From contig JAITEL010000105.1 in the NCBI GenBank assembly GCA_031282065.1, positions 1,772-65,771 of the forward strand: a stretch of DNA of 64,000 nucleotides. Reading direction: 5' to 3'. Below the pieces are notes generated by a model. That model was not told the origin of the DNA. It did no database searches and worked only from the letters and a program-made list of their open reading frames with translations. Position 1 is the stretch's first letter, and each line of letters opens with the position of its first letter. The position numbers and the translations under genes are program-made. The stretch comes from Treponema sp. (GTDB lineage Bacteria; Spirochaetota; Spirochaetia; Treponematales; Breznakiellaceae). This document shows, one piece after another, positions 54,626-63,899 of the stretch.

Positions 54626-54793
54626 AACAGTTACTCGCTCCTCCTACCGCTTGTTAACGGTACTATGCTTTTCCCCTTCTGTAAAGGAGGGAAGCGGGAG
54701 CCTCCCGGATTTCCTGGGGTACCGGCGGTTTGGGGAAGCCCTGAGCTGCCCCGCCGTGCCCCCGTTTGGGAACCCACCCGAGTAGGGATGATC

Positions 54794-56293
54794 CTAGCCC
54801 GGCAGGGTAATGGAGCTAAGCATACGGTTTAAGGCATACCAAGGGTCTTCCCGCCGTTCTATCCGTATATGGATCTCGTAGTTCTTCTCGGAGATGATCC
54901 GTATGGTCTTTCCCAGGCAATCCTGAATCACCTGGGAACCTATATCCGGGAAGAACCAGGGCTTTCGGGGAATGAAGAAGTACGCGTTCCCGTCAAAATA
55001 CACCCGGGCAATATGCGGCGGCACTGGTACCAGGACTATAAGAAAGTCCGATTTACCCCCCCCCAGGCTTAAAGAATGCCCTGCTTTCAGCATGTGGAGG
55101 TTCCGCCTGCCGAGGGTGGTACTCTGATCCTTCACAAACAAGGATAGCATGGGCGGCCCTTCAAAACCCGGCGATTCCGTACCGTGAGCCAGCATCCGGT
55201 TAGGGGTAGCCTGAAGCCGCCGGGAACTGCCCGCGAACAGGCTGAGGATGATCCCCAGCGCCAAGACCCCGAAACCCGTATTGAGAAAAATAAGCCGGGA
55301 ACTGCCCGGGGAACGCTCAAGGGGCCTTTCAAGCGCAGGTTCCGCCTCCGGCAGGGCAGGCTCATCACCGATCCTGCCCTGCAAAGGGGGCGGGGCCAGA
55401 GCCTCCCCGGTAAAAGGCGGGCTCTCTGTTTCCGCTTCCTCCGGCTCTTCCGCAAGGGGACTCTCTTCCTGCAACAGGCTTGATTCAGGCTCCGCTCTTA
55501 TGAAGGGGTCCGGTTCCGGGATAAGGATGGGTATTTGCAGCGCCGATGCCGGGGGCACAAGGCTCAGCTCAGGGCTGGGCGGATTCTGGGCTTGAGGCAG
55601 TACCGGAACCGGGGCCTGGGGAGGCTGCGGGCTTTGCTCCGGCCTTGCTTGGGAGGGTACCGGGGCGGGGCTCTGGGGAGCCGGAGCTGGAGGCTGCGGG
55701 ACAGGCTGCACCGGCGCAGGCCCAGGACGGGGCCTGGATCTCATGCCTTCGGGGACCTTAATGAACTCCAGGTGAACCCCCCGCCGGCTCAATCGGCTTT
55801 GCATCGCTGCCATGAAGTTTTGCAGACCTGAAGCGGTGCTGTTCGGAGCGCTCGGCGGCGGGTTCTGATCCCCATCGGAGATTAACAGCATGGTCTTAGG
55901 CCGCCCCCCGGGCAGTGAAGAAACATAGCCTTCAGCATAAGTAAGCGCTGCAGAAATATCCGAATAGGGATCCAGGGGGTAGAGCAGCAGCATACGGCCT
56001 ATGATGACTTCCAGATCGCCCGGCCCTTCGATACGCCGGGAGAGCTCCAGGCGGGCCTTATCGGAAAAGGAGATAAGGTGAAAGGTATCCTCCAGACCTA
56101 AGAATTCCCGCAACAAAGGCCCGGTTATAAAGGCGCTCACTTCCCGGTAAAAATCACTCATACTCGATGAGGTATCCAAGAGCACTACCATATCCCGAGG
56201 CTCCCTGGAGTTTCCTCCAGAAGGATCCGCCTGAGGGGATAGGAAAAAACTCATATATAACGAACAGATAAGGGTCAATACTAGTTTCTTCAT
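54794..56293 (-). CDS. secreted VWA-domain protein with Pro-rich linker, TM segment and FHA-like C-terminus
   Basis: Signal peptide. MIDAS-like VVLLDTSSSMSD. Long PQPPAPAPQSPAPVP linker. Hydrophobic segment LNTGFGVLALGIILSLFAG. Confidence 0.65.
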   Translation of the reverse strand: MKKLVLTLICSLYMSFFLSPQADPSGGNSREPRDMVVLLDTSSSMSDFYREVSAFITGPLLREFLGLEDTFHLISFSDKARLELSRRIEGPGDLEVIIGRMLLLYPLDPYSDISAALTYAEGYVSSLPGGRPKTMLLISDGDQNPPPSAPNSTASGLQNFMAAMQSRLSRRGVHLEFIKVPEGMRSRPRPGPAPVQPVPQPPAPAPQSPAPVPSQARPEQSPQPPQAPVPVLPQAQNPPSPELSLVPPASALQIPILIPEPDPFIRAEPESSLLQEESPLAEEPEEAETESPPFTGEALAPPPLQGRIGDEPALPEAEPALERPLERSPGSSRLIFLNTGFGVLALGIILSLFAGSSRRLQATPNRMLAHGTESPGFEGPPMLSLFVKDQSTTLGRRNLHMLKAGHSLSLGGGKSDFLIVLVPVPPHIARVYFDGNAYFFIPRKPWFFPDIGSQVIQDCLGKTIRIISEKNYEIHIRIERREDPWYALNRMLSSITLPG

Positions 56294-56374
56294 AGATACG
56301 GTACTACCTGTTTAGTGCCTTAGGGGATATAGACCTCACGTCGTTATAATCTGAGCATCTTTACAAGCGCCCTC

Positions 56375-59062
56375 TTAAAAAGATGCCACGGTGATTGATT
56401 CCACCCTATAGGAGACTTTCTCATCGTGGGTGGCAAAATCAAACTGTTCTCCCAGGGACTTATTGAGAAGACTTATGCCAAAGGGAGAGAGATAGGAAAT
56501 GATCTTATGCTCCGGGTCTGATTCCCAGGGACCGAGGATGGTGTACTCTTCTTTGGCGCCATTGGCGCTGTTTACCAAGGTAACCCGGGTCCCGAAGGAC
56601 ACCCGGTTCGTATTGATAGTCCCCGGATCAAAGAGCTGGGCCCGTTCAATTTCATCCTTGAGTCTTGCCACGGTGGTATTGAGGAGCTCCTGTTTTTCCT
56701 TGGCCGCCTTGTACTCTGCATTCTCCCGCAGATCCCCCAAGGAGAGGGCAAAGGCGATTTCCTTGGAATTTGCCGGGACCTCCACGTTCATGATATGAGC
56801 CAGCTGCCGTTGTTTCTCCTCATACATGGCAACCGTAACCATGAGTCCACGGGTGCTCACCGTCTTCTCCACATCTCCGAAAAATTTGAAGTTCGGGTAT
56901 TTATCCAGAATGCGGTTGCGCAATCTGAACTTGTCCGTGGGATCCAGATCCTTCACATCGTTAATGAAGGTGAAGATGCGGATGATGGTATCGGGATCTG
57001 CGCCGTCAATAAAGGTGCTGAGGAGCCCGTCCTTAAACAAGAGGGTATACACCTGCTTGTTGATCTTCCGGTTTTCTGCGGTATCCCGGTGATTTTCTAT
57101 GTCACGGTAGCTCATATCCAGGATATGGATCAGGGTGATGAGCTGTTTTTCCTCAGGAATTCCGGCCTTTTTAAACCAAGGACTTTCCTTGCTGTTTTTG
57201 AACAGCCATACCGTGGCTTCTTTATAGTCCCGGTAGTTTTCAAAACAACTGAGCACCAAAGAGACCAGCTTAGCTTCATGCCCGGCTTTCTCCAAGTTCA
57301 CGATGATGGAATTGAGCAGGGCATAGGGAAAGAGCTGGATGTACTCATCTGCCCAGTGGGGTATAAAGAGCTTGATATGATGCAAGAAGGCCTCTTTTAA
57401 TTTAGTATCCTTCAAGTTTGAAAACACCATCGGTATATCATCAATCGCATTAAAAATATCCAGGAAATTCAAGGATAAGGTGTTCCCCAGGTGGGGATAG
57501 ACAGCTATCAGATCCTTTACCAGGAGGTAGGAAGCCAGGACCTGTTCATTGATCTGCGAAGGGGAGCGAAGATACCCGGTAAAATAGGCGAGCATCTCGG
57601 TAAAATATTCCGAATCCAGTTCCGCATCTTTTTGCGCCACATAGTTTCGCAGGGTTTCCACCCGGTCAAAGAAATTCCGTTCCGCCTTAAACTCGTTATA
57701 GAGCTTTTCCTCAATGCTGATAGGCCGTTCCCGGACCGTATAGACATCAATGTTTTCAGGGCTGACCCCAAAGGAAGGGTCTGTTTTGAGAATCTCCCGG
57801 GATTTGGAGCTCCAGGTGGTCCATTCCCCGATGGAAAGCACCGAGGGCACCAGTTCCCCTTTAATCCGCTTAATATCACAGGCATTATCAAAGCTCTTGA
57901 TCACGGTTTTAAGGGCCCAGGCAAAGTCGTTTTTGATCCGCTCGTGGAGTTTTTCCTTTTTCTGGGTGGCCTTCAAAACCCAGATATGGTTTTTCGACAG
58001 GGTTTGCAGGGCATTAATCGCCATTTTAAGGGACATGGCATGTTCCCGCTTCTTGGCAAAATCAATGACGATCTCGTCCCCCTTCACACTGGCGATGCGT
58101 CCCACCCCCCAGGTCCGGTGATAGACGAAGTTGCCCTTATCAAAGGCTATGTGTTTCTCAAAGTCCGTGATGGCTTCATGGATATTGCGCCAATGCTGGG
58201 AAAGATTGGAGATCCGGATGTATTCTTCGAGCTGGCTATGCTGGACGTATTTCTTTCTGAAACAGTCGATGATCTCTTTTCGTGCTTGGTTATCCCGTTC
58301 ATCGTATTGCAGGATCAGTTTTAAGATGCTGATGGCGGTGTTAATATCCTCCCGCTTCCTACAAGAGGCGTACACATCCTGGAGGAGGAGCACCGCCTTA
58401 TCCTCGCTGATGTTTCGGGCGATCTTCTTCTCCACATGGAGAAAGAAATCTATATCCTCCGGGCAATAGCCCAGGAGTTTCTCCCAGATCTCCTTCACAT
58501 TGGTAAAGAGCTGTTTATTGATGTACCGGTGCAGGGCTTTTTTATAGTAATCCACTGCATTGTCCCTATCCCCCTGGGCTTCAAAGTATTCCCCTAAGGA
58601 TTTGGCGATATCCGCCTCTTCCAGATCCACCTTGACCAGCCGTTCCCAGATACCATAAATGGCTTCTTCCTGGTTCTCGTTCTTATAACAGTCTATCAGG
58701 GTCCTCAGGGCGAACTTAGATTCGCCGTAATCCAGGATCCGTTCACAGAGGTAGCGGACAATACTCCATTTATGGTTGTCCGCAAAAATGCTTACCAGGT
58801 TTATCAAGGCTGCATCATCAATGATCTGCCGGGAGAGGGCAATCATTCCTGAAAGATAGAGCGCGATGATGCTGTTCTTGGTATGTACCAGATGTTCATC
58901 GCAATGCTTCTTAAGATCATCATATACGCGTGCTTCCAGCGCCTCTTTCAGGATAAGATCCAACTCCTTGAACTGGTTGGTAGAATAATTACTGAGGGTG
59001 GCTCGGGTCCACTTTTCTTCATTCAGCATTTCCTGTACGTTTTTAAGGAGAGCTTCAGACAT
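56375..59062 (-). CDS. greA: transcription elongation factor GreA, long spirochete-type form
   Basis: The C-terminal 150 aa or so are canonical GreA (DLRENAEYKAAKEKQELLNTTVARLKDEIERAQ, SYLSPFGISLLNKSLGE). About 740 aa of helical N-terminal extension. GAGGAG RBS upstream of ATG 59062. Confidence 0.8.
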   Translation of the reverse strand: MSEALLKNVQEMLNEEKWTRATLSNYSTNQFKELDLILKEALEARVYDDLKKHCDEHLVHTKNSIIALYLSGMIALSRQIIDDAALINLVSIFADNHKWSIVRYLCERILDYGESKFALRTLIDCYKNENQEEAIYGIWERLVKVDLEEADIAKSLGEYFEAQGDRDNAVDYYKKALHRYINKQLFTNVKEIWEKLLGYCPEDIDFFLHVEKKIARNISEDKAVLLLQDVYASCRKREDINTAISILKLILQYDERDNQARKEIIDCFRKKYVQHSQLEEYIRISNLSQHWRNIHEAITDFEKHIAFDKGNFVYHRTWGVGRIASVKGDEIVIDFAKKREHAMSLKMAINALQTLSKNHIWVLKATQKKEKLHERIKNDFAWALKTVIKSFDNACDIKRIKGELVPSVLSIGEWTTWSSKSREILKTDPSFGVSPENIDVYTVRERPISIEEKLYNEFKAERNFFDRVETLRNYVAQKDAELDSEYFTEMLAYFTGYLRSPSQINEQVLASYLLVKDLIAVYPHLGNTLSLNFLDIFNAIDDIPMVFSNLKDTKLKEAFLHHIKLFIPHWADEYIQLFPYALLNSIIVNLEKAGHEAKLVSLVLSCFENYRDYKEATVWLFKNSKESPWFKKAGIPEEKQLITLIHILDMSYRDIENHRDTAENRKINKQVYTLLFKDGLLSTFIDGADPDTIIRIFTFINDVKDLDPTDKFRLRNRILDKYPNFKFFGDVEKTVSTRGLMVTVAMYEEKQRQLAHIMNVEVPANSKEIAFALSLGDLRENAEYKAAKEKQELLNTTVARLKDEIERAQLFDPGTINTNRVSFGTRVTLVNSANGAKEEYTILGPWESDPEHKIISYLSPFGISLLNKSLGEQFDFATHDEKVSYRVESITVASF

Positions 59063-59215
59063 CTCATAACTCCTCGCCCTAGGGGCACTACAATCAAGCC
59101 TGGAGCAGTATCCTGCTCCTTCTAGCATACCCCTGAAGGTCTTTTTTAAAACTTAAGCGAGTTTTGCAAAAGACCTCAGGGTATACGTGAAAAATCACGC
59201 ATCCTTCCGTCTATC

Positions 59216-60211
59216 CTAATTCCGGTACCGTTCATAGATCCCCGGATCAATGACTTTAATTTTAAGCATGGTCTCTTCAATCACGCCGGCATCTTCCCGC
59301 ACATGCTCATAGTGATCGATGAGCCAAAAATACCGGTTGATAAGCCGCGGTTTAAGGAGCATCGTGGTATCCTGGTGGTTGCGCAGCTCATTTTCCAAGG
59401 TAAAAATGGATTGCTTCAATCTCCCCAGTTCAACCTGTTTTAACACCCGTTTAACCGAAAATACCCCCAAAAGACAGCCGTAAATCGGGATCCATTCGGC
59501 GAGTTCTTCTCCCTCATAGCCCAGTTCCTTGACCCAATCCCGCAGCCGGATGATCATCTCCGATTCCATAGACCGCAGGTCTATGCCCTGGGGATCCAGG
59601 AAAAAGGCTTCCCGGAACAGGACCTTGGCAGCCCTGGTTTCGTTTAAGAGGGCATTCACATCCGCCAGTTCCGAGAGGGTTTCTCCGTCCTCCCGTTTAA
59701 ACCGGGCCGCCTGTTCCAGGTACTTAATCGCCAAATCATAGTTCCCCACTCCTTTATAGCAGCGGCCTACCTGCAGCAAGAGCCCCGGATCATGCTGGTT
59801 GACCCCGTCTCCCAGTACATTTTGAAAGGATTGCAGGGCTGTGGAAAAAACAAAACGCCGCAGTGCATACTGACAGGGGTCATAGGCATCGCCAATACGA
59901 TCCAGAAAGGTATAGAAGGATTTCCATTGGGACAGGATAAAGCCCCCCTGTTCATAGGGCTCCGGGAATTCCGGGAGCCGTTTGATCCGTTCAAGCCACC
60001 AGTTAATGCACTTTAAGGCGTAGACTACTTCGGGATGCTCAAAATCAATTTCAAGCGCTTCTTCCAACACCCTGAGGGCTGAATCTGCGTCAGAGACTTT
60101 CAGACTGTCATAGGCTTTTTGGATGAGCCCCTGTACCGATGTTTCCGTATTCATGATTTGAACAATTTCATCGCCCTCTGCTGGTTCATAGGGTTTTGTT
60201 TTTTCCTGCAC
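59216..60211 (-). CDS. TPR-repeat protein
   Basis: Helical repeat pattern (LLQVGRCYKGVGNYDLAIKYLEQAARF and others). No catalytic motif. Confidence 0.55.
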   Translation of the reverse strand: MQEKTKPYEPAEGDEIVQIMNTETSVQGLIQKAYDSLKVSDADSALRVLEEALEIDFEHPEVVYALKCINWWLERIKRLPEFPEPYEQGGFILSQWKSFYTFLDRIGDAYDPCQYALRRFVFSTALQSFQNVLGDGVNQHDPGLLLQVGRCYKGVGNYDLAIKYLEQAARFKREDGETLSELADVNALLNETRAAKVLFREAFFLDPQGIDLRSMESEMIIRLRDWVKELGYEGEELAEWIPIYGCLLGVFSVKRVLKQVELGRLKQSIFTLENELRNHQDTTMLLKPRLINRYFWLIDHYEHVREDAGVIEETMLKIKVIDPGIYERYRN

Positions 60212-60301
60212 TTATTAAAACAGACCCTTCCTTTGAAATAGGACGCTTGTATTATACCATGAGGAACATCTTTTTCAAGAGCCCTGTGCAGGGGCTGCCG
60301 C

Positions 60302-61750
60302 TTAAAGGCTCTGGATGATCGCTTCCGCTGCACAGCGGCCATCGGCAATGGCCCGGACCACCAAACTTGCCCCATGCCGGGCATCTCCGGCGGCCCAGAC
60401 TTTGGGGTTGGAGGTGTGGAAGCTGCCCCGGGTGCGGATATTGCCCCGCTCGTCCAGTTCAAGTCCAAAATCCCTCACCAAACCCTCCTGTACCACATGG
60501 GTAAAGCCCATAGCCAGCAAGACCAGGTCCGCGCCAATTTCAAAATCCGAGCCGGGAATCTCGGTCATAAGCGGTCTGCCCTGCTGATTCGTCCAGTTGA
60601 CCTTAAGCGCATGGATGGCCTCCACCTTCCCGCCCCGGCCGATAAAGGCTTTGGTGTTGACCCACCACAGACGCTCTCCCCCTTCCAGGTGGGAGCTGGA
60701 GGTTTTAAGCACCCGAGGCCAGAGCGGCCAGGGTTCCTCCGGGGGCCTATGCTCAGGCGGCTTGGGCAGCACCTCTATCTGGGTTACCCGCAAGGCCCCC
60801 TGGCGGTTGGCCGTCCCCACGCAGTCTGAGCCCGTGTCCCCTCCGCCTATAACCACCACCCGTTTCCCATAGGCGGTGATAGGTTCAAGGCCCCGGCTCT
60901 CCCCGGCCAGGGTACGGTTTTGGAGGGAAAGGTAATCCAGGGCCTGCACAATGCCGGCGTTTTCCCGGCCCGGCACCGTGATGTCCCGGGGCTCCCGGGC
61001 GCCTATGGTGAGCAGCACCAGATCATAGGATGCTTCCAGGGTGCGCGCTTCCACCGCCTGGACTGCTTCGGCCGCAGTGCCGAAACCGTAACGGCCCGAA
61101 CCCACCGGGGTATTGGTTTTGAAGGTGATCCCCTCTGCTTCCATGAGCAGGATACGCCGGTCAATAAAGCTCTTATCCAGCTTGAAATCAGGAATGCCAT
61201 AGCGCAGATAGCCTCCGAGCTTACGGTCCGCTTCGTAGACCGTAACGGAAAAGCCCCCCCGGTTGAGGTAGTAGGCCGCGGCAAGGCCGGAAGGCCCGGC
61301 TCCCAGGATGGCCACCTTTTTCCCGTTCCGCTTGCGGGGGGGGCGCGGGATAACCAGCCCCAGGGCAAAGGCCCGTTCAATAATGGCCAGCTCATTCTGC
61401 CGGATGGTTACCGGATCATCATTCGCGCCCAGCACGCAGGAAGCCTCGCAGAGGGCCGGGCATACCCGGCCGGTAAACTCGGGGAAGGGGTTCGTGTCCT
61501 CCAGCAAGGCCCAGGCCCCCGGCCAGTCCCCGCGGTACAAACGATCCTGCCATTCAGGCATCATATTGGAGACAGGACAGGCCCAATGGCAAAAGGGTAC
61601 GCCGCAATCCATACAGCGGGCCGCCTGATCCTGCCGTTCATGATCGGGAAGCCCTACCTCTACCTCGCTGTAATCATTGACCCGTTCCTCCACAGGCCGG
61701 TACCCAGAAACCTTTCTCCGTATTTTTAAAAAGCCCTTGGGATCACCCAT
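60302..61750 (-). CDS. gltD: glutamate synthase small-subunit-like NAD(P)H oxidoreductase
   Basis: MGDPKGFLKIRRK N-terminus. Fe-S Cys clusters CMDCGVPFC and CPALCEASC. GAGPSGLAAA dinucleotide fold. No gltB is present in the window. Confidence 0.85.
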   Translation of the reverse strand: MGDPKGFLKIRRKVSGYRPVEERVNDYSEVEVGLPDHERQDQAARCMDCGVPFCHWACPVSNMMPEWQDRLYRGDWPGAWALLEDTNPFPEFTGRVCPALCEASCVLGANDDPVTIRQNELAIIERAFALGLVIPRPPRKRNGKKVAILGAGPSGLAAAYYLNRGGFSVTVYEADRKLGGYLRYGIPDFKLDKSFIDRRILLMEAEGITFKTNTPVGSGRYGFGTAAEAVQAVEARTLEASYDLVLLTIGAREPRDITVPGRENAGIVQALDYLSLQNRTLAGESRGLEPITAYGKRVVVIGGGDTGSDCVGTANRQGALRVTQIEVLPKPPEHRPPEEPWPLWPRVLKTSSSHLEGGERLWWVNTKAFIGRGGKVEAIHALKVNWTNQQGRPLMTEIPGSDFEIGADLVLLAMGFTHVVQEGLVRDFGLELDERGNIRTRGSFHTSNPKVWAAGDARHGASLVVRAIADGRCAAEAIIQSL

Positions 61751-61824
61751 ATGTTTCTCCTCTTGCTATGACCTTAGCACCAAGGGACATGAGGGTCAAG
61801 GGAAGCGGGAACTCCTCCGGGGAT

Positions 61825-62013
61825 GGGTGTGGAACTTTCAAGTCCGGGTGTGGAACTTTCAAATTTGGGTGTGAAACTTCCAAATTTGGGTATGAAACTT
61901 CCAAACCTGGGTGCGGAACTTCCAAACCTGGGTGTGAAACTTCCAAATCCGGGTGTGGAACTTTCAAATTTGGGTATGGAACTTTCAAACCCGGGTGTGG
62001 AACTTCCGGGGAC
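61825..62013. repeat. 21-bp tandem repeat x9 upstream of gltD
   Basis: Exact 21-bp register from 61825: gggtgtggaactttcaagtcc / gggtgtggaactttcaaattt / gggtgtgaaacttccaaattt and so on. Degenerate copies flank it on both sides. Confidence 0.95.
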
Positions 62014-62023
62014 GGGCGGGGAA

Positions 62024-63034
62024 CTAGGGGCTAAAAAGCTCCGGGTATAAGAAGGCCGCCAGTTGGCTAACTCCTTCACTATACCGAAAGGTGGGGGAAG
62101 AAATAAGCTTTTCATCAATAAAAAGCACCCGCTTTTCCCGGATGGCTTTTATGGCGCCGAAGCCCGGCCGTCTAAGCAGATCCGTGAGGGTTTTTGCCCT
62201 ATTCATGGCCCCCTGCTGCACAATGTAGGCGTCTATGGAGTCGGCATTGCACAGGATTTTTTCCGCCCCATACGGGGCGATAGAACTGCCCGGGCTTACC
62301 GGTTCTGCGTTGGCGGCTATATTGACCGCGTTGAGGGTTTCAATGGCATAGGCAGGGAGAGAAGCGGCAGATACGGTACGGTTTTCTGCAGCAGTGGACT
62401 CAAAAAAGACCCTTGGTTTGTGCGCTGTGCCCGCGGCAGTGCTGCTGAGCCGCTGTAAGGTACCGTGAAAATCACGGAGTTTGTCTTGGGCTTCCTGTTC
62501 CTTGCCGGTAAGGAGGGCAAGAACGCGGATATACTCATCGAAGTCTGCCATGCGTTCCGGGTATAAGGAGACCACCAGGATCCCCGCTTTTTCAAGTTCC
62601 GCAATGTAGGCCGGGTGGGAACGACGGATAAAGGGACGGATGAGAACCAGGTCCGGGCCTTCGGCAATGATATATTCAGGGTCTCCGGTGTAATCGAATT
62701 TCGGCAGAGCGTCTGCCTGGGCCGGGTAGGTACAGGTTTTATGTCCCCCTATGACCAGGTTCCCCGCGCCGATTGCGAAAAGATTCTCCGTATGGGCAGA
62801 ATACAATGCAATGATACGGCGAAAGGGCTGCTCCACCGTAAGCCTCTTTCCCTCATCATCACTGAAAGAAAGCGCCCCCCCGGCTTGCGCCTGGGTTTGC
62901 TCCTGTTTGGCACAAGAAGCCGGCAGGAGGAGGCTTGCCCCCAGCATAAAGAGGAGGCTTCCCAGAGCGCTCAGACCCTTTATACGCAGAGGGCATACAA
63001 GTCCGGGGTGTCTTTGTGCCTTATCGCATGGCAT
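62024..63034 (-). CDS. ABC transporter periplasmic binding lipoprotein (iron-complex / cobalamin / haem type)
   Basis: Lipobox LLPASC. The FRRIIALYSAHTENLFAIGAGNLVIG pattern is typical of cluster A-II (BtuF/FecB-like) SBPs. A 14-nt overlap with cbiK. Confidence 0.7.
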   Translation of the reverse strand: MPCDKAQRHPGLVCPLRIKGLSALGSLLFMLGASLLLPASCAKQEQTQAQAGGALSFSDDEGKRLTVEQPFRRIIALYSAHTENLFAIGAGNLVIGGHKTCTYPAQADALPKFDYTGDPEYIIAEGPDLVLIRPFIRRSHPAYIAELEKAGILVVSLYPERMADFDEYIRVLALLTGKEQEAQDKLRDFHGTLQRLSSTAAGTAHKPRVFFESTAAENRTVSAASLPAYAIETLNAVNIAANAEPVSPGSSIAPYGAEKILCNADSIDAYIVQQGAMNRAKTLTDLLRRPGFGAIKAIREKRVLFIDEKLISSPTFRYSEGVSQLAAFLYPELFSP

Positions 63035-63899
63035 CGGCTACGTGCTGCACGATATGGGCTTGCAACTCAGGATATTCCCCCAGGCCCCGAAGAACGGTTT
63101 GCACCGAGAAACCTTCGGCGGTGAGTATGGATTTCCATGAATCCTCTTCGTCTCCGGCCATATCGTTATTGGCGTGATCCCCTGCGACGATCATAAGGGG
63201 TAAGAGGGTCAGCTTCTCAAGACCTGCCTCGCGAAGCTGGACTATCACATCGTCCAATGAAGGACTCGCCTCGACCGTGCCTATGAAATAGTTGGAGAGC
63301 CCTTGTTCTTTGAAGAGTGCTGCGAGTTTGGTATAATCCGCATTAGATGCAGCTTCGGTCCCGTGTCCCATAAACACGATAGCCGTATCAGGGCCTGCAT
63401 AGGTGTTGGTCTCTTCACGCAGTATGCTCACCAGGGCGGTATAATCCGCCTCAGATGCAAGGACCGGTTTACCGTATTTGATGCTCCTGAACTTACTTTC
63501 AAAGGGCTGTACCTGGGAGAGCATTTCTTTTTGTTCTATGCCCTGCATAAGATGGGTAGGCTGTACGATAAGGTCCTGCGCCCCCTCTGCTACAAGACGG
63601 TTCAGCGCTTCAGTAACATTGTCGATCTTCTCCCCGTCCCGCTGGTAAATGTGGTCGATGACGATTTGACTGGTAAAGGCACGGCGTACCGAATACGCCG
63701 GATACGCACGGGCTATCGCGTCTTCTATGGCGCCTATGGTTTTTTGTCTTGACTCGTTGTAGCTTGTGCCAAAGCTTACCACCAGAATGACCGGTTTCTC
63801 CGGTTCCGCCTGCGGGGTAGCCACACTACGGCAATTCAAAAAGGAAAGGACGAGGAGAAGCACCGCCAGGGCCCCTCCTGTTTTTTGCAGATTATTCAT
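63021..63899 (-). CDS. cbiK: sirohydrochlorin cobaltochelatase CbiK family protein with signal peptide (exported form)
   Basis: AGGAGG RBS upstream of ATG 63899. Signal/lipobox LLVLSFLNC. CbiK blocks ILVVSFGTSY, RRAFTS, IVQPTHLMQGIE, FMGHGT. Confidence 0.75.
   Translation of the reverse strand: MNNLQKTGGALAVLLLVLSFLNCRSVATPQAEPEKPVILVVSFGTSYNESRQKTIGAIEDAIARAYPAYSVRRAFTSQIVIDHIYQRDGEKIDNVTEALNRLVAEGAQDLIVQPTHLMQGIEQKEMLSQVQPFESKFRSIKYGKPVLASEADYTALVSILREETNTYAGPDTAIVFMGHGTEAASNADYTKLAALFKEQGLSNYFIGTVEASPSLDDVIVQLREAGLEKLTLLPLMIVAGDHANNDMAGDEEDSWKSILTAEGFSVQTVLRGLGEYPELQAHIVQHVADAMR

Noticed and set aside
61743-62118. Tracked ORFs 61743..61988, 61768..62034, 61774..62118 and 61823..62050 across the gltD-upstream array
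   Set aside because: The same artefact applies: four mutually overlapping frames are open because of the 21-bp period. One of them also overlaps the 3' end of the SBP gene.
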